DNA of 64,000 nt, taken from NCBI GenBank assembly GCA_038230035.1, contig JBBRNX010000009.1, forward strand, positions 11,882 through 75,881, read 5' to 3'. Under the pieces are notes generated by a model. It searched no databases and had not been told where the DNA came from. It saw only the letters and a list, made by a program, of their open reading frames with translations. Of this stretch, positions 44,915 to 53,043 are shown piece after piece. How positions within the stretch are numbered: the first letter of the stretch is position 1; each line of letters opens with the position of its first letter. A program made the position numbers and the translations under genes. This stretch comes from Gaiellales bacterium. Its GTDB lineage: Bacteria > Actinomycetota > Thermoleophilia > Gaiellales > Gaiellaceae.

Positions 44915-46372
44915 ATGACCGCGCGCCACATCAATCCCTGGTTGGTGCTCGTCCTCGTGTGCCTCGCACAGTTCATGGTCGTGCTCGACGCGACCGTCGT
45001 GAACGTCGCGCTGCCGTCGATCCAGACCGATCTGCACATGAGCGAGAGCGACTTGCAGTGGGTCGTGAATGCCTACACGCTCGTGTTCGGCGGCTTCCTG
45101 CTCCTCGGCGGGCGGGCCGGCGACCTGATCGGGCGCAAGCGTGTCTTCCTCGCCGGCGTCGTGGTCTTCACGGCCGCATCGCTCCTCGACGGGCTGGCGC
45201 AATCGTCGACCTGGCTGATCGTCGCGCGCGGCGCGCAGGGCCTCGGCGGCGCCCTCGTCTCGCCGGCGGCGCTCTCGATCGTGAACACGACGTTCAACAC
45301 CGAAGCCGACCGCACGAAGGCGCTCGGCGTGTGGAGCGCGATTGCAGCTGGTGGCGGCGCTGTCGGGCTTGTCATCGGCGGCGTGCTCACGCAGGCGTTC
45401 TCCTGGCCGTGGGTCTTCTTCGTGAACGTGCCCGTCGGCATCGTGGCGTTCATCCTCGCTGCGCGGTTCGTTCCCGAGTCGAAGGCCGAAGACGAGCGCC
45501 GCAGCTTCGACGTCGCGGGTGCGGTGACGGTGACAGCCGGCCTGATCGCACTCGTCTACGCGATCGTCCGGACGAACTCGACCGGCTGGACGTCACCCGA
45601 GACACTCGGCACCGGCGCGGCCGCGATCGCGCTCCTCGTCGCCTTCGTGCTGATCGAGCAGCGTTCCCCGGCGCCGCTCGTCCGTCTCGACATCTTCGAA
45701 GTGCCGACACTCCGCGCCGCGAACCTGACCCTCCTGCTCGTGATGTCAGGCCTCTTCGCGATGTTCTTCTTCAACTCGCTGTACGTGCAGCGCGTGCTTG
45801 GCTACACACCGCTCCAAGCCGGACTGGCGTTCCTGCCGTTCACCGCCGGCATCGTGATCGGGGCCGGCGCCGCGCAGCAGCTCGGGGTGAAGCTCGGCCT
45901 CAAGCAGACGGCCATGATCGGGATGGCGATCGCGACGGCAGGAGTCCTCTGGCTGCTCCGTCTCGGCCCGGACGGGCACTACCTGCCGGATCTGCTGCCG
46001 AGCATCCTGCCGGTCTCGATCGGCATGGGACTCGCATTTGTCCCGCTCACGCTCCTCGCGACCGGAGGCCTGCCGAATCGCGACGCCGGGCTTGCCTCCG
46101 GCCTCTTCAACACCTCGCAGCAAGTCGGTGGCGCACTCGGGCTCGCCATCCTCTCTACCGTCGCGACAAGCAGAACGAACCACGCCTTCGCGGCGGCAGG
46201 GCCGCACCCGACCGGTTTGCAGAAGGCCGAAGCCCTCGTCCACGGCTTCGTCGGGGCCTTCGCAGGGGCAGCACTGTTCCTCGCCGTCGGAGCCGTCTTG
46301 TTGATGCTGCTCCTCCGTAAAGGTCACGTGGACGCAGTCACCTCGGCCGAGCCCGCTGGTGCGGGCGCCTGA
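44915..46372 (+). CDS. MFS DHA2 (EmrB/QacA) efflux transporter
   Basis: FMVVLDATVVNVALPSI, WVVNAYTL, GRAGDLIGRK, WVFFVNVPVG. Confidence 0.93.
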   Translation: MTARHINPWLVLVLVCLAQFMVVLDATVVNVALPSIQTDLHMSESDLQWVVNAYTLVFGGFLLLGGRAGDLIGRKRVFLAGVVVFTAASLLDGLAQSSTWLIVARGAQGLGGALVSPAALSIVNTTFNTEADRTKALGVWSAIAAGGGAVGLVIGGVLTQAFSWPWVFFVNVPVGIVAFILAARFVPESKAEDERRSFDVAGAVTVTAGLIALVYAIVRTNSTGWTSPETLGTGAAAIALLVAFVLIEQRSPAPLVRLDIFEVPTLRAANLTLLLVMSGLFAMFFFNSLYVQRVLGYTPLQAGLAFLPFTAGIVIGAGAAQQLGVKLGLKQTAMIGMAIATAGVLWLLRLGPDGHYLPDLLPSILPVSIGMGLAFVPLTLLATGGLPNRDAGLASGLFNTSQQVGGALGLAILSTVATSRTNHAFAAAGPHPTGLQKAEALVHGFVGAFAGAALFLAVGAVLLMLLLRKGHVDAVTSAEPAGAGA

Positions 46373-46382
46373 AATCGCAAGG

Positions 46383-46623
46383 GGGGTGCCAAACCTCCTC
46401 TTGCCGTGCGGCGCCGATCAGTTCGAGAACGCCGACGCCTGCCGGGCCGCCGGCGCAGCACGCGTCCTCATGCCCGACGAGCTCACCCGTCGACGCCGTT
46501 CGGGCGGAGATGACCGTGCTCCTCGACGACCCTTCGTACCGCGAACGAGCACGAGCGATCGCCGATGAGATAGCGGCGATGCCGTTGCCGGCCGAGGTCG
46601 CGTCGTTGCTCGTCGCCGTCTGA
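46383..46623 (+). pseudogene. C-terminal remnant of a GT1/UGT-type glycosyltransferase with a frameshift
   Basis: GVPNLLLPCGADQFENA..ELT, then with one extra C at 46486-88 removed VDAVRAEMTVLLDDPSYRERARAIADEIAAMPLPAEV..*; no start codon or N-terminus. Confidence 0.7.
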
Positions 46624-46639
46624 GCTCGCCGTCGAAGAC

Positions 46640-47453
46640 CTACGCCGACTTCACCGCCAGGTAGGCAAACCGCGACAGCCGCCGTTCGGCTGCGAGCGTC
46701 GCGGCGGTCTCGAAGAACCGCTGACGGCCTTCGAACGTCTCATTCCCCTCCGTCTCTCGAAGCTCGTGCTCGTGCATTGCCCGCGCGTCGAAGCGTCGAC
46801 GTGCAACCTCGGCTTTGCTCGCGGTCGTGTCGTCCGCTCCGAGGACTGTCAGACCCACGTCGGTCAGCAGCTGCTCGTTCTCACCCAGCGGGACGAACAG
46901 CCCATACCCGATCGACGTCCGGCTCGCGATCTCGTCACTGCCGAGAACGCCGGTCACCGTCAGCGGATCGGTGAAGAGGAGCCGCCCGCCCGTTGCGAGC
47001 AACCGGGCCCAGTCGGCGAGAACGCCCCGTCGGTCGGGGAGATGGTTGATCGCATCGATGCACAGAATCGTCGAACGAGCCGTCGTCGAACGGCAGCGGG
47101 AGGCTCGCATCAGCCTGCCGGAACCTTGCCCGCCCCATGAGCCCCGCGTCCGCGGCCAGACGGTTCCCGCTCTCGACCGCCTCTTCGTAGAGCTCGACGC
47201 CGACGACCTCGCAGCCCGTCCGTTGCGCGAGGTGCAACGCAGGCCCACCTGAACCGCAGGCGACGTCGAGCAGCCGGCTCGTCGGTCCGAGCTCGAGCGA
47301 GCGGCCAAACCCTTCGAGCTCGTCGACTGTGAGCCAGCTGTTCTGGCCAATGTCCTCCCCGAACGCTGCTCGGCGAACCTTCTCGTGAACCCCGTCGGCG
47401 AACTGGCCGTACTGGGCGCTGTAGTGATCCGCGACCTCGGGCTTCTCGGGCAC
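46640..47453 (-). pseudogene. Class I SAM-dependent methyltransferase split by a frameshift
   Basis: LLDVACGSGG..ADASLPLPFDDGSFD in one frame; ILCIDAINHLPDR..LATGGRLLFTD in another; break at about 47070. Confidence 0.78.
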
Positions 47454-47479
47454 GGGCGCCAGTCTACGACCCGCTCCGA

Positions 47480-48421
47480 TCAGCTGAAGATCGCGAGCGG
47501 CAGCAGCGCGCTCACGACGTACTGACCGGCATCGACGATCTCCGAGATCTTCAGGTCGACGCAGAGGCTCGACAGCACGTACGCATCCTCCGGCGTGAGG
47601 TCGTAGCGGTCACCGAGCTGCACGATCATCGCCCGTACGGCGTCCTGCGCGGCCACGTAGAGATCGGGGCCGACACCTGTCGTGCCGTAGAAACCCGCGC
47701 CGTCGACCCGTCGCGTCAGCGCGCCGGACGTCTGGAACTGCGGTGCTGGAATCGTCTTCCCCTTCTGGAGCGTGAAGCGCAGGGTCGCGCCCATCGGGGT
47801 CTCGATCCCGGTGACGCAGACCTCGCCGTCGCCCTGCGCTGCGTGGGCATCACCGCAGCTGAATAGCGCACCCTCGACTTGCACCGGCAGGCACAGCGTC
47901 GTCCCGCGAACGAGCTGGCGCGTGTCCATGTTGCCGCCGAACGTTCCGGGCGGCATGACGGGCTGCTCGCTCGCGCCTGCCGGGCAGACACCCATCGTGC
48001 CGAGGAACGGCTCGATCGGGATCGCGATGTCGTCGCGCAGGTACGTCACGTCGCCGCGGGTGAGGTCGAAGATACGGAGATGCGGATCCGTAAAGTCATC
48101 GGGAAGCAACCCGAGGCCGGGGATGATGGCGGCCCAACCCCAGTCTCGGGTTCTCAAGTCGAGTATCTCCACGGCGAGCGTGTCCCCCGGTGCCGCGCCT
48201 TCGACGTAGATCGGCCCGGCGAGTGGGTAGTAGCGGGCCGCGTCGACAGTCGCAAGAGCAGCTGCGTTCGATTCCGGCGTGATCTGGTTGTCGCTGACTT
48301 CACGCGTCTCGAGCGTGACCGTGTCGCCGCTCTCGATCATCAGAGCCGGCTCGTGGCCGACGTCCCAGGTGAAATGCACGAGCTCCGGCGCGAGCTCGTG
48401 CGTCGCGTCAGACAGCGTCAC
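47480..48421 (-). CDS. Acetamidase/formamidase family protein
   Basis: LAGPIYVEGAAPGDTLAVEI, PFLGTMGV, FGGNMD, GDAHAAQGDGEV, VDLKISEIVD. Confidence 0.9.
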   Translation of the reverse strand: MTLSDATHELAPELVHFTWDVGHEPALMIESGDTVTLETREVSDNQITPESNAAALATVDAARYYPLAGPIYVEGAAPGDTLAVEILDLRTRDWGWAAIIPGLGLLPDDFTDPHLRIFDLTRGDVTYLRDDIAIPIEPFLGTMGVCPAGASEQPVMPPGTFGGNMDTRQLVRGTTLCLPVQVEGALFSCGDAHAAQGDGEVCVTGIETPMGATLRFTLQKGKTIPAPQFQTSGALTRRVDGAGFYGTTGVGPDLYVAAQDAVRAMIVQLGDRYDLTPEDAYVLSSLCVDLKISEIVDAGQYVVSALLPLAIFS

Positions 48422-49436
48422 TCGATTTCTTCCAAAGGTTCAGCGCCCCATCGGTGGCGTAGCGGTCGATCTCGTCGAGCTCGTCCGATGTGAAGTTGAG
48501 GCGCGAAAGCGCGCCGACGTTCGCCTCCAGCTGGGCGACGCTGGAAGCACCGGCGAGCGTCGAGGTCATCCGCGAGTCCCGCAGCGTCCACGCGAGCGCG
48601 AGCTGCGCGAGGCTTTGGCCGCGTCCTTGCGCGATCTCGTTCAGCGCGCGGATCTTCGCGAGCGTCTCGTCCGTGAGTAGCTCCGGCGAGAGCGACCCTG
48701 GCCTGCTGGCGCGCGATCCCTCCGGGATCCCGTCGAGGTAGCGATCGGTCAGCATCCCCTGCGCGAGCGGTGAGAAGCCGATGCAGCCGACACCGAGCTC
48801 ACCGAGCGCGTCGAGCAGCTCCGGCTCGATCCAGCGGTTCAGCATCGAGTACGACGGCTGGTGGATGACGAGCGGCGTGCCGAGCCCGCGCAGGATCGCA
48901 GCAGCCTCGCGGGTCATCTCCGCGGAGTACGACGAGATCCCGACGTACAGCGCCTTCCCCTGCCGCACGACGGTGTCGAGCGCGCCCATCGTCTCCTCGA
49001 GCGGCGTGTCCGGGTCGAAACGGTGCGAGTAGAAGATGTCGACGTAGTCGAGCCCCATCCGCGCGAGGCTTTGGTCGAGGCTCGCGATCAGGTACTTACG
49101 CGACCCCCACTCGCCATACGGACCTGGCCACATGTCGTACCCGGCCTTCGTCGAGACGATCAGCTCGTCCCGGTACGGCCCAAGGTCTTCACGCAGCAGG
49201 CGGCCGAAGTTCTCCTCTGCCGAGCCGTACGGCGGGCCGTAGTTGTTCGCGAGATCGAAATGCGTGATGCCGAGATCGAATGCCCGCCGGACGATCGCGC
49301 GGCACGTCTCGAACTCGACCTCGTTCCCGAAGTTCTGCCACAGACCAAGCGTCAGCGCGGGCAGCTGGAGGCCGCTCCGCCCGCTGCGCCGGTAGGGCAT
49401 GCTGGCGTAGCGGTCGTCGGCTGCGACGTAGCTCAT
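48408..49436 (-). CDS. L-glyceraldehyde 3-phosphate reductase-like AKR (Gpr/YghZ family)
   Basis: LGLWQNFG, ITHFDLANNYGPPYGSAEE, KAGYDMWPGPYGEWGSRKY. Confidence 0.92.
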   Translation of the reverse strand: MSYVAADDRYASMPYRRSGRSGLQLPALTLGLWQNFGNEVEFETCRAIVRRAFDLGITHFDLANNYGPPYGSAEENFGRLLREDLGPYRDELIVSTKAGYDMWPGPYGEWGSRKYLIASLDQSLARMGLDYVDIFYSHRFDPDTPLEETMGALDTVVRQGKALYVGISSYSAEMTREAAAILRGLGTPLVIHQPSYSMLNRWIEPELLDALGELGVGCIGFSPLAQGMLTDRYLDGIPEGSRASRPGSLSPELLTDETLAKIRALNEIAQGRGQSLAQLALAWTLRDSRMTSTLAGASSVAQLEANVGALSRLNFTSDELDEIDRYATDGALNLWKKSSDAV

Positions 49437-49513
49437 GCAGGCGAGACTAGCGCGAGCCGGCTTCCGTACGAGTTCCTAACGGTCTGCTCACGGTCACGAA
49501 CTAGCGTGGCGGC

Positions 49514-51307
49514 GTGATTCGCACGCTTGCCGTTCTGGCCGTCGTCGCAGCTGGGTTGACCGCCGCCGTCACCGCCTCGTCTGCGCCCCAGCGACGCACC
49601 GACGCGTGCGGCGTGGCCGACGCGGCGCCGCTCTGGGTCGACTACGGCGAAGGCCCAGTCAAGCCCGATACGCGCAAGGTGCTGGCCCGCCCGGGTGTCG
49701 TCGTCGCGACGAGCGGAACGGCGATCCCCGCCTACTTCCGCAAGCAGGGCGCTACGACGACGTACATGGTGCTCGGCCTGCCGAAGCTCGTCGGGCAGCC
49801 ATCGGCTCCCGCCGACCCCACGACTATGCCGGCCGTCGCCGACGCGCTCTATACGAAGGCAGCAGCCTCGAGCGCGTGTGCGACACCTTGGATCACGCTC
49901 AACGAGCTGTTCGGATCGTCGCTCCCGACACCGTGGTCGACCACGAACGCGACATACCGCGCCAACATCCTCGCCCTGATGCAGGGTCTTGCAGCGCACG
50001 GCGCACATCCGTTGCTCTTCGTCAACGGCAGCCCGAGCTTTGCCGGCGACGCCGCGTCGTGGTGGCAGCAGATCGGCCAGGCCGGCTCGATCGCATACGA
50101 GGCGTACTTCGACGCGCGCAAGATCTCGACGCTCGGCTCTCTCCTCGGGAACCGCCGCGTTCGCCTCGGGATGCGCAAGGCGCTCGCGCCCTTCCTTGCG
50201 GTCGGCATCCCGCCGGCACGACTCGGGCTCGTGCTCGGCTTCCATTCGGGACTGATCGCGGGCGCCGGCGGACGCCAGGGTCTGCAGCCGCGCGAGGCGT
50301 GGCTCCGTGTCGTCAAGTGGCAGACGCTTGCCGCCCGCCAGGTCGCGGCGGACCTGCACCTCGGCTCGGTCTGGGCCTGGGGTTGGGGCACGTTCGGTGC
50401 GGGAAGCGTCGACGCAGACAAGCCCGCAGCCGCCTGCGTCTCTCTGTGGGCGCGCAACCAGACATTGTGCGACGCGCCGGCCGTCGGAGGCGCCGGGTTC
50501 AACGTCTCCCTGACCGAGGGGCAGATCGTGCTGCCACGCGGTGTTGCCTGCAATCTCTACCACTCGCGCCGGATCCTCTCGACCGACATCACCCGGCTCG
50601 CAGCGTTCACCGGCGATCGAGGCTCGGCCCTCGACACGCTGTTCGGACGCATCGTCTTTCGCTCGCGGCTGCAGGTCGGCAACGACCAGGTGCTCGCGGT
50701 CGAGCAGCAGTCGATCGATCGCGATTTCGGTGGTGACCGCAACGCCTATCTGGCTGCTCTCACCCAAGTCCATGCGACGCTCGCGTCCGCACGCAACCTC
50801 ATCCGTGACGAGCTGAAGCGACGTTCGATCCCGGCGATCCTCGCCGCGGCCGGCAGCATTCAAACCCCGTATGACTGGCAGGCCGGCATCCTGACCGGGG
50901 AGGCGCGCACGATGATCTGCCTCCGCGACGAGCTTCCCGGTGGCGGCGACATCCGAGTCGACGACAACCGCTATGTCCCGATCGTCCCCCTTCTCGCAAA
51001 GCTGCCGTTCTTGTTCGACGACACCACTCCGCCGGCTGCGCCGTTGGCAAGCGCAGCCCCCGCCGGCAAGACCGTCCAACTCATGTGGCGCGCCCCGATC
51101 GACGCAGACGTCGCCGGCTTCGAGGTCTTCCGCGCGAAGGCACCGGGCGGGCCGTACACCATGCTCAACGCGAGACTCGTCATCCTCGAGAGCTTCACCG
51201 ACGCAACCGCCCCGCCCGGCATTCCGTCGTATTACGTCATCCGCGCGGTGGACACCTCGGGCAACGAGAGCGGCCCCTCACCCGAGCTGTCCGCGACGCC
51301 GAGCTAG
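49514..51307 (+). CDS. Large secreted hypothetical protein with C-terminal FN3-like domain
   Basis: Signal peptide; C-terminal LMW..DVAGFEVFR..FTD..YYVIRAVDTSGNES; TAGCGT -10 6 nt upstream. Confidence 0.72.
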   Translation: MIRTLAVLAVVAAGLTAAVTASSAPQRRTDACGVADAAPLWVDYGEGPVKPDTRKVLARPGVVVATSGTAIPAYFRKQGATTTYMVLGLPKLVGQPSAPADPTTMPAVADALYTKAAASSACATPWITLNELFGSSLPTPWSTTNATYRANILALMQGLAAHGAHPLLFVNGSPSFAGDAASWWQQIGQAGSIAYEAYFDARKISTLGSLLGNRRVRLGMRKALAPFLAVGIPPARLGLVLGFHSGLIAGAGGRQGLQPREAWLRVVKWQTLAARQVAADLHLGSVWAWGWGTFGAGSVDADKPAAACVSLWARNQTLCDAPAVGGAGFNVSLTEGQIVLPRGVACNLYHSRRILSTDITRLAAFTGDRGSALDTLFGRIVFRSRLQVGNDQVLAVEQQSIDRDFGGDRNAYLAALTQVHATLASARNLIRDELKRRSIPAILAAAGSIQTPYDWQAGILTGEARTMICLRDELPGGGDIRVDDNRYVPIVPLLAKLPFLFDDTTPPAAPLASAAPAGKTVQLMWRAPIDADVAGFEVFRAKAPGGPYTMLNARLVILESFTDATAPPGIPSYYVIRAVDTSGNESGPSPELSATPS

Positions 51308-51651
51308 CCGCGCAGGTAGGCGTCGTCGCCGCGCACCCAGTCCTCGCGCACCGGCGAGAAGACGTCGAGCGCGATCGAATCCTCGAGGGCCTCGATCTCG
51401 TGCGGCACGTTTCCTGGAATCAGCACCGTCGAACCGGCCGAGACGATCTGCTCCTCGTCACCGATGACGAAGCGAAGGCGCCCTTCGAGCACATTCGTGA
51501 CCTGTTCGTTCGGATGCTCGTGGCGCGGTACGAAAGCGCCCTGCGCGAGGATGATCCGCGCAACCGTCATCGTCGCCGTGTGGGCCATCTGCCGCCCGAC
51601 GAGCGGATTGAGCTGCTCGACCGGCCAATCGCTCCAAGCGTGGACATCCAT
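51304..51651 (-). CDS. Cupin-domain protein
   Basis: PRHEHPNEQ..EGRLRF, IPGNVPHE, DVFSPVREDW. Confidence 0.9.
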   Translation of the reverse strand: MDVHAWSDWPVEQLNPLVGRQMAHTATMTVARIILAQGAFVPRHEHPNEQVTNVLEGRLRFVIGDEEQIVSAGSTVLIPGNVPHEIEALEDSIALDVFSPVREDWVRGDDAYLRG

Positions 51652-52421
51652 ACGCTGATCCTAAACCTCGCCGGGATCGACTCCAGCGGGTCGGGACGAA
51701 AACGCGCGAGAACGCGAGCGGCAACGCAACCGACCAGCACGACTGACCCGTCGATGACCGCGTAGCCGGCCGCGATAGCCGACGGTGGGTTACCGGACGA
51801 AATATGCGTCCATGGCGCGTGCGCCGCCCAAGCCCAATCCCCGGCCCAGGTTCCCACCACCTCGATCGTCATCGTGGCGACCCAGATCGCCGCGAACAGG
51901 TCGCCGCGCCCAGAGAACAGAATGCACCACGCGAAGAGCGGCAGCAGAAGCAGCCCTTGGACATCGAGCCGCCCCGTCAGCGGCTGGAGCACCGTGACGC
52001 CCGCGACCGTCCACATCGTGCAGACCGCAAGCACCGTATGGCGCACACGCCGGCCGTGTCGCTGCACCACGGGCAGCGTTGCGGCGGTGATCCCGAAGAG
52101 ATAGACGAGTGCGTGCCCGGGAGGGACGTAGAGAGGGATGTTGTGGAGTCGATAGGTGTAGCCGCCCCAGACGAGCGAGCCGATCGCCTCGAACCCGGTT
52201 GCGATCGGGACGCACAGCCATAGCTGCAGCCGCTGGAGTCCCTCGACGCGATGCGAGAGAGCGAACAGCACGCCGGATGCAACGACGCCGAGGGCAAGCT
52301 GCGGCCCGAGCCCGCCGAGCATCCCGTCCGCTACGAGCATCACCACCGTGAACGCGAGCAGGAACACGTGCATCCGGTACGGCCTCATCGCCTGCATGAC
52401 GCCCTCAGTCCACTCGCGCAC
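51567..52421 (-). CDS. Hypothetical polytopic membrane protein (3' end overlaps the cupin gene)
   Basis: Several TM segments; YRLHNIPLYVPPGH, EVVGT..GDWAW, GNPPS; the true 3' end is uncertain. Confidence 0.65.
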   Translation of the reverse strand: MREWTEGVMQAMRPYRMHVFLLAFTVVMLVADGMLGGLGPQLALGVVASGVLFALSHRVEGLQRLQLWLCVPIATGFEAIGSLVWGGYTYRLHNIPLYVPPGHALVYLFGITAATLPVVQRHGRRVRHTVLAVCTMWTVAGVTVLQPLTGRLDVQGLLLLPLFAWCILFSGRGDLFAAIWVATMTIEVVGTWAGDWAWAAHAPWTHISSGNPPSAIAAGYAVIDGSVVLVGCVAARVLARFRPDPLESIPARFRISVWMSTLGAIGRSSSSIRSSGGRWPTRRR

Positions 52422-52430
52422 GCCTAGCGC

Positions 52431-52646
52431 CTAGACCCGCGGTTTGCGCGCGAGCCAGAAGCGGAGGAAGTAGAACGGCACGATTATGCCGGCGGCGAGA
52501 AACGCGCCAACCCCCCACGCCGTTGCATGCTGGCTCCCGTGCTTGTTCGCGTGGTTGAAGACCCCAATTGAGATGCACGCGGCGATCGCCACAGCGATGA
52601 CGAAGGTGACAGGATTCGGCAGGGCGGCGGCCACGCCGTCCAGCAT
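52431..52646 (-). CDS. Small membrane protein
   Basis: 71 aa, two TM helices, basic C-terminus. Confidence 0.55.
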   Translation of the reverse strand: MLDGVAAALPNPVTFVIAVAIAACISIGVFNHANKHGSQHATAWGVGAFLAAGIIVPFYFLRFWLARKPRV

Positions 52647-52651
52647 CGCAG

Positions 52652-52999
52652 CTAGCCGTCGTTGTCGTCGCGCGTCAGAGAGCCGAAGCCGATATGAATC
52701 GCTGCGACGTACGCTCCGCCCGGTCTCTCGAGGAGTTGCTGCTTAACCTGCGGGCCTGGCGGAGGACCGGCGGTTCCCACCTGGCTCCGCAGCGCGTCAA
52801 TGCGGTCATGCAGCTCACGGCGCCGCTGCGACACCTCCTTCTCCTCCGCTTCGAGCTTGGCGAGGCGGTCGAGGCTGTCCTCGTCCTGCGCGCCGGTACC
52901 ACGGATGAAGTCGATCCGCTCGTGCACGCGTCGACGACGCTGCGACACCGCGCGCTCCTCCTGTTCGAGACGGGCCAGATCGCGGACCGTATCCGCCAT
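52652..52999 (-). CDS. RsiG-like coiled-coil protein with two c-di-GMP-type motifs
   Basis: E15-x3-S19-x2-R22-x3-H26-x3-D30 and E53-x3-S57-x2-R60-x3-H64-x3-D68. Confidence 0.65.
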   Translation of the reverse strand: MADTVRDLARLEQEERAVSQRRRRVHERIDFIRGTGAQDEDSLDRLAKLEAEEKEVSQRRRELHDRIDALRSQVGTAGPPPGPQVKQQLLERPGGAYVAAIHIGFGSLTRDDNDG

Positions 53000-53043
53000 G
53001 GTCTGGCTATCGACAGTCCGCCGTCACAGTTGACCCGCACGCA

